In this document: piece by piece, positions 1 through 7,326 of the stretch
Layout: each line of letters opens with the position of its first letter
Position numbering within the stretch: position 1 is the stretch's first letter
IMG/VR virus record: IMGVR_UViG_2687453178_000004
Source of the DNA: an uncultured virus (IMG/VR IMGVR_UViG_2687453178_000004)
Taxonomy: Duplodnaviria; Heunggongvirae; Uroviricota; Caudoviricetes
Direction: 5' to 3' (one strand)
DNA length: 20,000 nucleotides
Notes under the pieces: generated by a model
The model's input: only the letters and a program-made list of their open reading frames with translations
Told to the model about the DNA's origin: nothing
Databases searched by the model: none
Position numbers and translations under genes: made by a program

Positions 1-617
1 TCTAAATACTCAAGCTTTCCGGTGTGGTGGCAAACCATGCCAAAACTCGACTCGATTCGTTTCTCAAGTCGGTCAATAAACTCCTGCTCTAGTTCTGTAG
101 GTTTATCGCCACGTTCTTCCAGCTCTTTGAGGAAGTCAGCTAATTCATCTTTGTATTGCGTGTAGCACTCAAGCGCCTGAAGAGCGGCAAGCTTATGCAC
201 TTCTAACTTAAATTCGTCATCGACTTGATGAGAGTATTTAACTAGGTTGCCAAATGCTTTAGTCATCAAGCCATGCACGAAAGCGTTGCTATTTCCCTTT
301 GGAGCGCCAGCGCCAGCTCGACGGCCACCGTGTCCATTTTTGGCACTTGATTGATTCGCGGTTTTCTTGCGTTTGATTTTGGTTTTGGGCGGAGTGATCC
401 CTTTGGGTTGTAATTTTTCGCCCTGAACTTCTTCGTTGTTCGCGTTCTGTTCGCTTGGTTTGTTCTCTTTTCTCTGTAACAGTTTGTTATTTAAGTATTT
501 TCTTGCTGTGGAGTAGACTAAACCATTGCGAACACAAAACGTCTTAACGTCAACGCCAGTTTCTTCGTATTCGCTAAGGTATTGTTTTTTAATGCGTTCC
601 CAATTAATTCTCGCCAC
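1..617 (-). CDS. Phage terminase small subunit, 3'-truncated by the window (not in the ORF track)
   Basis: Manual translation from GTG at 617 is open to the edge: MARINWERIKKQYL...CVRNGLVYSTARKYL (HTH-like)...GGRRAGAGAPKGNSNAFVHGL, matching the GAPxGNxNAxxHG motif of small terminases. Confidence 0.8.
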   Translation of the reverse strand, partial: MARINWERIKKQYLSEYEETGVDVKTFCVRNGLVYSTARKYLNNKLLQRKENKPSEQNANNEEVQGEKLQPKGITPPKTKIKRKKTANQSSAKNGHGGRRAGAGAPKGNSNAFVHGLMTKAFGNLVKYSHQVDDEFKLEVHKLAALQALECYTQYKDELADFLKELEERGDKPTELEQEFIDRLEKRIESSFGMVCHHTGKLEYL

Positions 618-655
618 TTCTCTAACTCCGAGTGTTCAATTGCGTCAACATATTA

Positions 656-1078
656 TCACTGTTCAGTGTTCATTGTTTTCGTTCGAGGATCAAAGGCACG
701 TTCTAACCAGCCTCTAAGCTGGCCTAAGTTGTCCGATGCAATCTCAATAACAATCCAGCCTAAAAGCTGCGCTTCGTTCATCTTCTCTCTGTCGTTTGCA
801 AAGCCAACGCCGCGAGTGTGACGCCCATTTGAATGAGTACCGCCGTGAACCTCCAAGGCAATCTTTAAGTCGGGCCAAGCGTAATCCATTCGCCATTTGC
901 GAGTCGGATGAAATAGAACTTCAGTTTGATATGGTGGCAAGCCGATAAGGTTGCGCTGAACACGCGCATGTAGCTTCTGGTAAGCCTTGCTAATGTCCCT
1001 TTGCTGTTTGGTCGGTGTTTTGGCTTGGCTTTCGATAAAAGCCTTTCCTAAGTGTCTGACGGGGATATAAACGGCCAT
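656..1078 (-). CDS. Phage PD-(D/E)XK-type endonuclease (Vsr/DUF559-like)
   Basis: Motif EVLFHPTRKWRMDYAWPDLKIALEVHGG...D.EK.NEAQLLGW. ATG 1078 chosen over GTG 1090. Confidence 0.75.
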   Translation of the reverse strand: MAVYIPVRHLGKAFIESQAKTPTKQQRDISKAYQKLHARVQRNLIGLPPYQTEVLFHPTRKWRMDYAWPDLKIALEVHGGTHSNGRHTRGVGFANDREKMNEAQLLGWIVIEIASDNLGQLRGWLERAFDPRTKTMNTEQ

Positions 1079-1118
1079 ATCTGTTCTCACTTGTGAACTT
1101 TATGACACGAATGATAAC

Positions 1119-1144
1119 AAAAAAGCCAGCATTAAAGCTGGCTT
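1119..1144 (-). terminator. Intrinsic terminator
   Basis: AAGCCAGC-attaaa-GCTGGCTT stem with a T-run on the minus strand. Confidence 0.7.
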
Positions 1145-1170
1145 GTTTAGTTTAAATATATTTTCGAGGA

Positions 1171-1296
1171 TTATTTTTTATCTTTAAATACACCTCGTTT
1201 ACGAGCGATGAATGCACCCATAAAAAGAATGGCAAAGTATTCCACGGCTATTAAGATGCAATTGAACATTTCTTGAGTCATTGCTTCAGCGTTCAT
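1171..1296 (-). CDS. Small 41-aa membrane protein (not in the ORF track)
   Basis: GGAGG RBS, then MNAEAMTQEMFNCILIAVEYFAILFMGAFIARKRGVFKDKK*: one hydrophobic segment and a basic tail. Confidence 0.65.
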   Translation of the reverse strand: MNAEAMTQEMFNCILIAVEYFAILFMGAFIARKRGVFKDKK

Positions 1297-1320
1297 GCTA
1301 ACAACCTCCCGAACAAATAA

Positions 1321-1902
1321 TTACTCTACATCTACATGGTTCATGTGGAACTCAATCAGATATTCCTCATCTTCTTGGTAGAACTGCAAAGAGTAGTCTG
1401 AGCGTTCGATACATTTGAATTTGCTGTTCTCTTCCATATCCGGCGCGTAAAAGTCGTATTTCTTGTTTAGGAATGCTTTCACTCTTTCTTTGCTAGAGAA
1501 GTAATTAGTATGCGTTGATAGCGGTTCACCTCGCTTAGTAGAAACGCGCACCACTTCATAGATAGTAATGCCTTGGCGGTATTCTGGACGCTCACACTCA
1601 AACACTTCTAGGCGGTTTTGCTTCCAAGCAAGGGCTTTGATTGCGTTACCCTTAACGGCTTCCAATGCTTCACGCGCTTCGTTCTCTGAATCCCAAGAAC
1701 CACACCAGCAGTAAGCAATGTCTAAGCAATCTTGTTGGATTGGTGACGCTTCGTTGTAGAAGTTACAAACGGCCTTTGCAGTTGCCTCAACGCCAGATTT
1801 AGAAAGATTCATTAGTAGATTGCCTGTTTGCGCCACCAGCTCTTTAAGATCAGCAATAGCAGCAGTAGCCAGTTTGATTTGTTTTTCTTTTAAGTTGGTC
1901 AT
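1321..1902 (-). CDS. Hypothetical phage protein
   Basis: Long ORF; ATG 1902 has GAGGA 8 nt upstream and its own promoter. Confidence 0.7.
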   Translation of the reverse strand: MTNLKEKQIKLATAAIADLKELVAQTGNLLMNLSKSGVEATAKAVCNFYNEASPIQQDCLDIAYCWCGSWDSENEAREALEAVKGNAIKALAWKQNRLEVFECERPEYRQGITIYEVVRVSTKRGEPLSTHTNYFSSKERVKAFLNKKYDFYAPDMEENSKFKCIERSDYSLQFYQEDEEYLIEFHMNHVDVE

Positions 1903-1947
1903 TTTGGTCATCCTCGTGTCGAAAGGTGCAATTTTGTTTGCATGTAA

Positions 1948-1976
1948 AATATAGCTCCGTTGTTTTCGTTTGTAAA
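1948..1976 (-). promoter_or_regulatory. Sigma70-type promoter TTTACA-17-TATATT, overlapped by an 11-bp inverted repeat (1960-1970 / 1988-1998)
   Basis: Read directly; identical hexamers recur at 11230-11258. Confidence 0.65.
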
Positions 1977-2018
1977 CAAAAGACACGAACGAAAACAAAA
2001 TATTTTTTGAGGATGATC

Positions 2019-2072
2019 AAAAAAGGCCGCTATTGCGACCTTTAGGCATAAAAAAACCGCCTCGAAAGGCGG
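2019..2072 (-). terminator. Two tandem intrinsic terminators downstream of the TA operon
   Basis: CCGCCT-cgaa-AGGCGG (2057-2072) and GGCCGC-tatt-GCGACC (2025-2040), each with a T-run on the minus strand. Confidence 0.75.
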
Positions 2073-2088
2073 CTTTTAATCATCAGTT

Positions 2089-2424
2089 TTATAAGAACCG
2101 GATGCAGTAGTCCACTAGGGTTTTCTGCAAATCTTGCTTATCACTAATCAAAACCATGGCGTAAACCGTATCTGTCGCATCGTCGTATTGATAGATAAGT
2201 TTGAACCCATCAAAACTAAACTGACGAAAGTGATACACTCCAAGCTGAGTTAGCTCATAACAAGCCGGATATATGGCCGGATTGCTCTCAACGTTCTGCT
2301 CGAACGTCTCAATCAAAGTTTCAATTCTCTCTACTACGCTAGTGGAATCATTCCATTGTGAGTAGTAGTCAATACGTTCTTCTGCTGTGTTAGCGAACGT
2401 TTCCGTATAAACAACATTGGCCAT
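2089..2424 (-). CDS. Type II toxin, RelE/ParE superfamily
   Basis: 111 aa; N-terminal VVYTETF...I..Y, FRQFSFDGFKLIYQYD, C-terminal VLISDKQD; downstream of a Phd-like gene. Confidence 0.8.
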   Translation of the reverse strand: MANVVYTETFANTAEERIDYYSQWNDSTSVVERIETLIETFEQNVESNPAIYPACYELTQLGVYHFRQFSFDGFKLIYQYDDATDTVYAMVLISDKQDLQKTLVDYCIRFL

Positions 2425-2436
2425 CTTATGGTCACC

Positions 2437-2679
2437 TTATGATTTCTTGGCGGCCAACCTCTCCTTAAACGAACTCGATGACATTGTGCGACCTTGGGCT
2501 ACGTCCTTGCTACTGATAGTAACAAGCTTCATCAAGGCTACTGCTTGATCGCGCTTTAGTCGTTCTTCGTATGATTCCACCACATAAATCGGCTTACCGT
2601 TTTGTGTGATCGTCATCGCTTCATCTAGCGGGAGATCGGCTGCATTTTTCTTTAAGTAGCTTACCGTCTCAGTGCGCAT
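2437..2679 (-). CDS. Type II antitoxin, Phd/YefM family
   Basis: MRTETVSYLKKNAA...MTITQNGKPIYVVESYE matches the Phd/YefM N-terminal pattern. Confidence 0.88.
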   Translation of the reverse strand: MRTETVSYLKKNAADLPLDEAMTITQNGKPIYVVESYEERLKRDQAVALMKLVTISSKDVAQGRTMSSSSFKERLAAKKS

Positions 2680-2756
2680 GGTTCTTCCTTCGGTATAAGG
2701 GCGAGTAAACCAGCTAAATTTAAAAATTAGTCTGGGATCATTTGTTTGCGTTACTA

Positions 2757-2806
2757 ACTATACACCAAAACCGAGATTAGTCCAAATTTAAACTAAATTT
2801 AGTTTA
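2757..2806 (-). promoter_or_regulatory. TA promoter (TTGGAC-17-TATAGT, 2785-2757) with an adjacent perfect 18-bp palindrome TAAACTAAATTTAGTTTA (2789-2806), likely the antitoxin operator
   Basis: Read directly; Phd/YefM antitoxins autorepress through promoter palindromes. Confidence 0.7.
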
Positions 2807-3063
2807 CGCCCAACTCGGATTGTTCGATTAAGCGCTCTTTATGCTTATTAACCATAAAAACGACTACTTGAAAGAGCTTTTGCAATAGGCATTGCAAACT
2901 CATTTATGCCCCATTGTTGGTTATCACTGAAGCGAATTAACTTCATCTGGATGAAAGTCTCCCTTGCCGACAGCTATCCAAGGTAGTCGAAGTAAGCTTT
3001 TTAAACTATCCGTCATTTTGCAATTCAATATCCATCACCTCTCATTAACCTATTGATTATCAA

Positions 3064-3092
3064 TTGAACTGTAATTGGAAAGATTGCATGAT
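3064..3092 (+). promoter_or_regulatory. Candidate Pc-like promoter for the cassette array (TTGAAC-17-CATGAT)
   Basis: Correct spacing but a weak -10; lies about 40 bp upstream of the first crossover point. Confidence 0.35.
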
Positions 3093-3117
3093 AGGAGTAT
3101 GGAAGGCGGCTAAAATC

Positions 3118-3136
3118 CGTATAGAAAGCGTTAGCT
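3118..3136 (+). other. Left recombination junction of the cassette array (attI-like or secondary site): CGTATAG-AAAGC-G|TTAGCT
   Basis: GTTAGCT (3130-3136) is the exact reverse complement of AGCTAAC, which opens attC1 (3501-3507). No VCR-like body upstream. Confidence 0.7.
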
Positions 3137-3159
3137 TAAATCATTAACAAGGATGTGTA

Positions 3160-3501
3160 ATGAGAAATAGAAAATGGATATTTGCAGCTATTTTGCTCAT
3201 TGGTGGACCTTCACTATTGCCATTTAGTTTGGAAGTGATATCCCTAATTGAGTTACTAGGCTTTTTGGGGTTATGGACAATTTATTCATCCTACGCTGAA
3301 TACTTGGTGAATCACCCTAGATTCAAAAGAGGTCTGCGTTTAGCCACTAGTTGGGATTTTCAGCCGCAAATGCTGTTCTCTCCGAGTGAACTTAAGGAAT
3401 GTCCCCAGTTAGTTTTTCATATGCTTCCAGTTCAGAGTGTAATAGTTTGGACTTTGAATATTCTGTTTTGGGGTGGTCTGGCTTGGTGCTACATAATTTA
3501 A
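3160..3501 (+). CDS. Cassette 1: hypothetical membrane protein, 113 aa
   Basis: AAGGA RBS; hydrophobic N- and C-terminal segments; the stop codon runs into the inverse core site. Confidence 0.8.
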   Translation: MRNRKWIFAAILLIGGPSLLPFSLEVISLIELLGFLGLWTIYSSYAEYLVNHPRFKRGLRLATSWDFQPQMLFSPSELKECPQLVFHMLPVQSVIVWTLNILFWGGLAWCYII

Positions 3502-3626
3502 GCTAACAAATTGTTCAAGAGGGATTCGCAACGCGTGGCATTTTTACTATGCGTTGGTTTTAGTGATTAAGGTGGCTTGCGGCGGCATCGGTATTGCGTT
3601 GCTCACCCCTTAACAAGGCGTTATGC
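3501..3626 (+). repeat. attC site 1 (Vibrio VCR/VXR-type, 126 bp)
   Basis: AGCTAAC-AAATTGTTCAAGAGGGATTCGCAACGCGTGGCATTTTT...GCGTTGCTCACCCCTTAACAAGGC-GTTATGC. Confidence 0.95.
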
Positions 3627-3714
3627 ATTTTGAGGCGAAGGATGTATGGAAATAGATTTGCATCATCCCATTCTGTATAATGCAGCTTTCATTTAACTTT
3701 CTAGTTAAGTAACC

Positions 3715-4137
3715 ATGAAAACTGATGACATTACTGAAGTATCTTTATCATTTGAGCTATATAACGAGATGAAACAATGGTGTAGTAAACAGAAATTGTT
3801 TACTACATCATATAACCATGGTTGGAAACCTTTTAAAGACGGTCAAGAAATTTTAGTCGACCGTACTTATACCATTAACTTTTGTTTTCAAAGTACAACT
3901 ATTGCAGATAAACATGGACGTCAAAATACCTTCTATAAAATAAAGCGAGGTGGTAGACCTACTACTCGATATGGGCAAAACAGCAGTCCTGAAGATAAGG
4001 AGCGTCTGCGTTCAGAAACTCCTTCGTACGAAGCTATGATTTATCCTGCCTTAACACGTTGTCAATCTCAAATCAGAAAAGTTAAACGAGGTTTAACTTT
4101 AGAAGCTTTGAATGATCCTTCAAATATAGCGTTTTAA
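3715..4137 (+). CDS. Cassette 2: hypothetical protein, 140 aa
   Basis: Single ORF between attC1 and attC2; candidate own promoter TAGATT-17-TATAAT at 3653-3681. Confidence 0.75.
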   Translation: MKTDDITEVSLSFELYNEMKQWCSKQKLFTTSYNHGWKPFKDGQEILVDRTYTINFCFQSTTIADKHGRQNTFYKIKRGGRPTTRYGQNSSPEDKERLRSETPSYEAMIYPALTRCQSQIRKVKRGLTLEALNDPSNIAF

Positions 4138-4171
4138 GCAGTTAATACTGATATGTCTAACCCCAGAAAAT

Positions 4172-4297
4172 GCATAACAAACAATTTAAGAGCGATTCAG
4201 CACGCTTGGCATTTTTGGTTTGAGTTTAGTTTAGTGTTTACGGTGGTCAAATTAGGTGTTGTGGTCGCGTGCTTCACACCTTAACAGGGCGTTATGC
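4172..4297 (+). repeat. attC site 2 (126 bp)
   Basis: GCATAAC-AAACAATTTAAGAGCGATTCAGCACGCTTGGCATTTTT...GCGTGCTTCACACCTTAACAGGGC-GTTATGC. Confidence 0.95.
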
Positions 4298-4341
4298 CAC
4301 ATATTTAGTTTGCCGAGATAGAAAATTAATTAGGTTGTAAA

Positions 4342-5586
4342 ATGAGCAAAGATGACAAGAAAACAGATTTTATCGGCAAGGAAGAAAACAATTTAAAGAC
4401 TTTCTTTGATTTAAATCACATAAAATCGAAATCTGAAAGTGAGTACACGAAAAGGGTTTGGAAAAGCCTTAGCAGCGATAGAGATGATGGAAAGTTTGAC
4501 GATATTTTCTCTGATGTGTTTGAAAGTGTATTTAAAAATATTTCTGCTAAAGTTTCTGATTCAGTAATAAAAGCAGTCGACGATGAGGCAAGTCGTAAGA
4601 AAGTAATCCGAGAGCTGAAGAATCATTACAATAATGAAAGCCTCACATTGATCTTGGGGGCAGGGGTTTCAATGGATCTTGGTTTACCATCATGGGACGA
4701 ATTGCTGCGTAGATTGTTAGCAAAAACGCTTGATAGTGCGGATAAAGAAAGTACTGTGATGGCAGCGATGTTTAATTCAGTTTTTGGTCCAAGTAGCTTA
4801 ATAGCGGCGCGCTACTTGAAACTTCACTTTGAGAAAGAGAAGCATGAAAAAAATGGGAGGAAGTTCCCTTTTGAAACTGAAGTTCGCAAAGCTCTATACG
4901 AGAACTTTAATGAGGTAGAAACGCCTATCTATAAAGCGATTGTACAACTATGTGTATCTCCAGGAAAGAATCCAAGTTTGGATTCTGTTATCACTTACAA
5001 CTACGATGATATTTTGGAAGAAAAGCTTAAAGCGTTGGACTTGGGGATCAAATATAAAAGTATTTACACCTTGGGGATGAATCCGAGAAAAGATGAGCTT
5101 CCAATCTATCATGTACATGGTTATCTTCCTCGTTCTGGAAACGTCACGGATAAGCATGCCGTTATCCTTTCTGATGATAGTTATCATAAGCAGTATATGG
5201 ACCTCTATCACTGGAGTAATTTGGTTCAGATAAACAAGTTTAAGGACTCTAATTGTTTGTTTATTGGGCACTCTTTTTCAGATCCAAATTTAAGACGTCT
5301 TTTAGATGTAGCAAAATCTCAACGTGGGCATGATAAAACCCAACATTATGTAATAAAACGTAGATACAACGTCGATAAAGTAAAAGAGACTCTTAAAGAA
5401 TTACTAGTAAAGGAAAAATTAGTAGATGTACTTAATCATTCAGATGAATTAGATGCAGTTGCATCTGGTTTAGTAAAGACAGTGCATAAATTCGAAGAGA
5501 ATGATGCGATATCTTTTGGTGCCGAGATAATTTGGGTTAACGAATTTTCAGAAATATCAGATATTATCGAGAGCATTCCAAAGTAG
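4342..5586 (+). CDS. Cassette 3: SIR2-family (SIR2_2-like) protein, probable NAD+-degrading anti-phage effector
   Basis: Motifs [35 protein letters not shown] and [16 protein letters not shown]. Confidence 0.9.
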   Translation: MSKDDKKTDFIGKEENNLKTFFDLNHIKSKSESEYTKRVWKSLSSDRDDGKFDDIFSDVFESVFKNISAKVSDSVIKAVDDEASRKKVIRELKNHYNNESLTLILGAGVSMDLGLPSWDELLRRLLAKTLDSADKESTVMAAMFNSVFGPSSLIAARYLKLHFEKEKHEKNGRKFPFETEVRKALYENFNEVETPIYKAIVQLCVSPGKNPSLDSVITYNYDDILEEKLKALDLGIKYKSIYTLGMNPRKDELPIYHVHGYLPRSGNVTDKHAVILSDDSYHKQYMDLYHWSNLVQINKFKDSNCLFIGHSFSDPNLRRLLDVAKSQRGHDKTQHYVIKRRYNVDKVKETLKELLVKEKLVDVLNHSDELDAVASGLVKTVHKFEENDAISFGAEIIWVNEFSEISDIIESIPK

Positions 5587-5713
5587 CATAACAAAGCATT
5601 TAAGACGGATTCCCAACGCTCGGCATTTTCGGTTTGCTTTGAATTTAGTGTTTACGGCACAATACTTTAAGTGTGGTGGTCTGCGTTGCTCACACGTTAA
5701 CACTGCGTGATGT
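5586..5713 (+). repeat. attC site 3 (128 bp) with a degenerate 3' end
   Basis: GCATAAC-AAAGCATTTAAGACGGATTCCCAACGCTCGGCATTTTC...GCGTTGCTCACACGTTAACACTGC-GTGATGT; GTG replaces GTT at 5707-5709. Confidence 0.88.
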
Positions 5714-5937
5714 TATTGGAAGGCCGTGGTGGAACATCAGTTTAAATTTCGCATCGGAAGTCGGCTCACTTGATGTCCAGTATTAATGGTTACACAGTGT
5801 GACCATAGACTCGCTAAGTCTTCAGGGAAAGAACAGCGTACACACACGTATACACGGTATGTACGCTCTACATGCATTCTTTCACACGCAAATAGACATG
5901 GTTTTTACTGAATACTCAATCTCGGTGGCTGATATTA

Positions 5938-6147
5938 CTATCGTTCCAACATGGAAAGTTTGTTTTCGATATCTTTGGCTATGACTTGCAGCTTGCTAGA
6001 AAGCCGTGATCGAATGATGCACATAAGAATCTGCTTATCTTTTTTGTACCAAGTGTAAAGCGTATTACGGCCTCGCCCCGACTCGTCCTCAAGGTCGGCA
6101 ACTGTTAAACCAAACTGCTTTAAATACTCTGCTAGATCGTATCCCAT
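5938..6147 (-). CDS. Small HTH DNA-binding protein (Cro/XRE-like)
   Basis: LKQFGLTVADLEDESGRGRNTLYTWYK helix-turn-helix pattern. Confidence 0.7.
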   Translation of the reverse strand: MGYDLAEYLKQFGLTVADLEDESGRGRNTLYTWYKKDKQILMCIIRSRLSSKLQVIAKDIENKLSMLER

Positions 6148-6151
6148 AGGC

Positions 6152-6436
6152 TCACACCGTCTTTAGATGCTCATTACACTCTTTAATAACGTCCACCAGC
6201 TTATCTATCGTTAAAGAGCTGGCCGAACGCCCCTCAAATTCAGCAAATAACTCATGCAATACCATGCACTTTGTTTGCTGCTTTAGAAACTTTGCTTCGT
6301 CTAGCATTCGGGTAAGGCGCTTGATTGCCTCTGCCTTGCGAATAACTAACTGAACCGCACTTAACTTAGGCGCACTCAAATAACCGATCACGGCACCTAA
6401 ATCGCGCTCTAATTGCTTAATCTCACTCACGCTCAT
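6152..6436 (-). CDS. Hypothetical phage protein
   Basis: In-operon ORF; ATG 6436 overlaps the end of the upstream gene. Confidence 0.6.
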   Translation of the reverse strand: MSVSEIKQLERDLGAVIGYLSAPKLSAVQLVIRKAEAIKRLTRMLDEAKFLKQQTKCMVLHELFAEFEGRSASSLTIDKLVDVIKECNEHLKTV

Positions 6437-6923
6437 CGGTTTTTGCCTCTTCTTCGATATATTCCGAAACAGTCTCGTTAAAGAACACCGTGAAATCCGC
6501 ACGAAAATCACTAGGAACGTCGCAACCAAGCTCCATAACGTATTCGCAAGCTTCCGAGAACTTAGGGCAATCTGGATACATTAGAATGATTTTAGCCAGT
6601 TCAAAACACGTAATTTCTGCGTTTTTTTGACTGACGGCATGATTAACAAGCGATTGCCAAGCAATGTGATTCATCACTGAGTAATTGCAAAACTGCGGCT
6701 TAGTTTGAATGGCCGCTTTAACTAGAGTCGGCAACGTTCCGGTGCGCTCTGCAATTACGTTCGCCAGAATGGTTTTCATTGATTCGCAATTTAAGTCAAA
6801 CCATAGAGCATCAAGTTCCGCTTGGTCGCTGTAGGCTAGTTGGACGTAAGCGCTTGCAAATTCTGGATTATCAAAACCAAGTACGTCTTGAAAAACAATG
6901 GTCGCTGCGTCAATGGTATTCAC
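6423..6923 (-). CDS. Hypothetical phage protein
   Basis: AAGGAG RBS, GTG start, 166 aa. Confidence 0.7.
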   Translation of the reverse strand: MNTIDAATIVFQDVLGFDNPEFASAYVQLAYSDQAELDALWFDLNCESMKTILANVIAERTGTLPTLVKAAIQTKPQFCNYSVMNHIAWQSLVNHAVSQKNAEITCFELAKIILMYPDCPKFSEACEYVMELGCDVPSDFRADFTVFFNETVSEYIEEEAKTDERE

Positions 6924-6933
6924 TACTTTCTCC

Positions 6934-7326
6934 TTAGCTGTCTTGCTTACTAACTTCGCCTAGTTCGGCCTCTTCCGGTGTAACTGCGTCGATAACAGTT
7001 ATCTGGCCGGACTCTTCAAGCAACTTACTGAGTCGGGCCACTTCTTCTTGTAGTTCTTTGATTTGGCTTTCTTGTTGCTTGGTTCGGAGTAAGTAGTAAT
7101 TCGAGTTAGCGATACCAAAAGAAATGTTTTCCATAACGATGTTCGATACATCCTCATGGTCATGTAGAAGAGCCAAGGCTTTAGCCGCTGCTAAGGAACA
7201 AAGCTCACTAACGCTAACAGGTTGCAGCGTGTTGGCTTCCATCTGTTTAAGTAGTGATCTTGATTTCGAAAGAATCCCCTCTGCTAGTAGCTGTTCTTGC
7301 GTTGACAGTACAATCTCGCGTGTCAT
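6934..7326 (-). CDS. Hypothetical protein with a coiled-coil segment
   Basis: 130-aa ORF containing QQESQIKELQEEVARLSKLLEE. Confidence 0.65.
   Translation of the reverse strand: MTREIVLSTQEQLLAEGILSKSRSLLKQMEANTLQPVSVSELCSLAAAKALALLHDHEDVSNIVMENISFGIANSNYYLLRTKQQESQIKELQEEVARLSKLLEESGQITVIDAVTPEEAELGEVSKQDS

Larger units (their letters stand above)
3131..5713 (+). mobile_element. Integron cassette array lacking intI in this window (CALIN-like); cassettes at 3131-3620, 3621-4291 and 4292-5707
   Basis: Three single ORFs, each followed by a 126-128 bp attC. Each cassette's 5' core site is complementary to its own inverse core site. Confidence 0.93.

Noticed and set aside
526..821. Plus-strand ORFs 526-717 and 582-821
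   Set aside because: Antisense shadows of terS and the nuclease gene.
2089..2810. TA operon as an inverted integron cassette
   Set aside because: No VCR-like attC was found between 2700 and 3130 or to the left of 2089.
2861..2989. Retron msr-msd
   Set aside because: No reverse transcriptase ORF in the window.
3052..3064. ATTGATTATCAAT as an FNR or Fur box
   Set aside because: The spacer is 1 bp rather than the 4 bp needed for FNR, and the flanks do not fit the 19-bp Fur box.
3099..3113. Mini-ORF MEGG* as a translational enhancer like attI1 ORF-11
   Set aside because: The RBS is only 1 nt from the ATG and the ORF stops well before cassette 1.
3501..5713. Repeats as a CRISPR array or REP/ERIC elements
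   Set aside because: Units are 126-128 bp, are separated by whole genes and have attC core and inverse-core boxes.
4948..5984. ORFs 4948-5271 (-) and 5799-5984 (+)
   Set aside because: The first is antisense to SIR2. The second has no RBS and overlaps a convergent gene.
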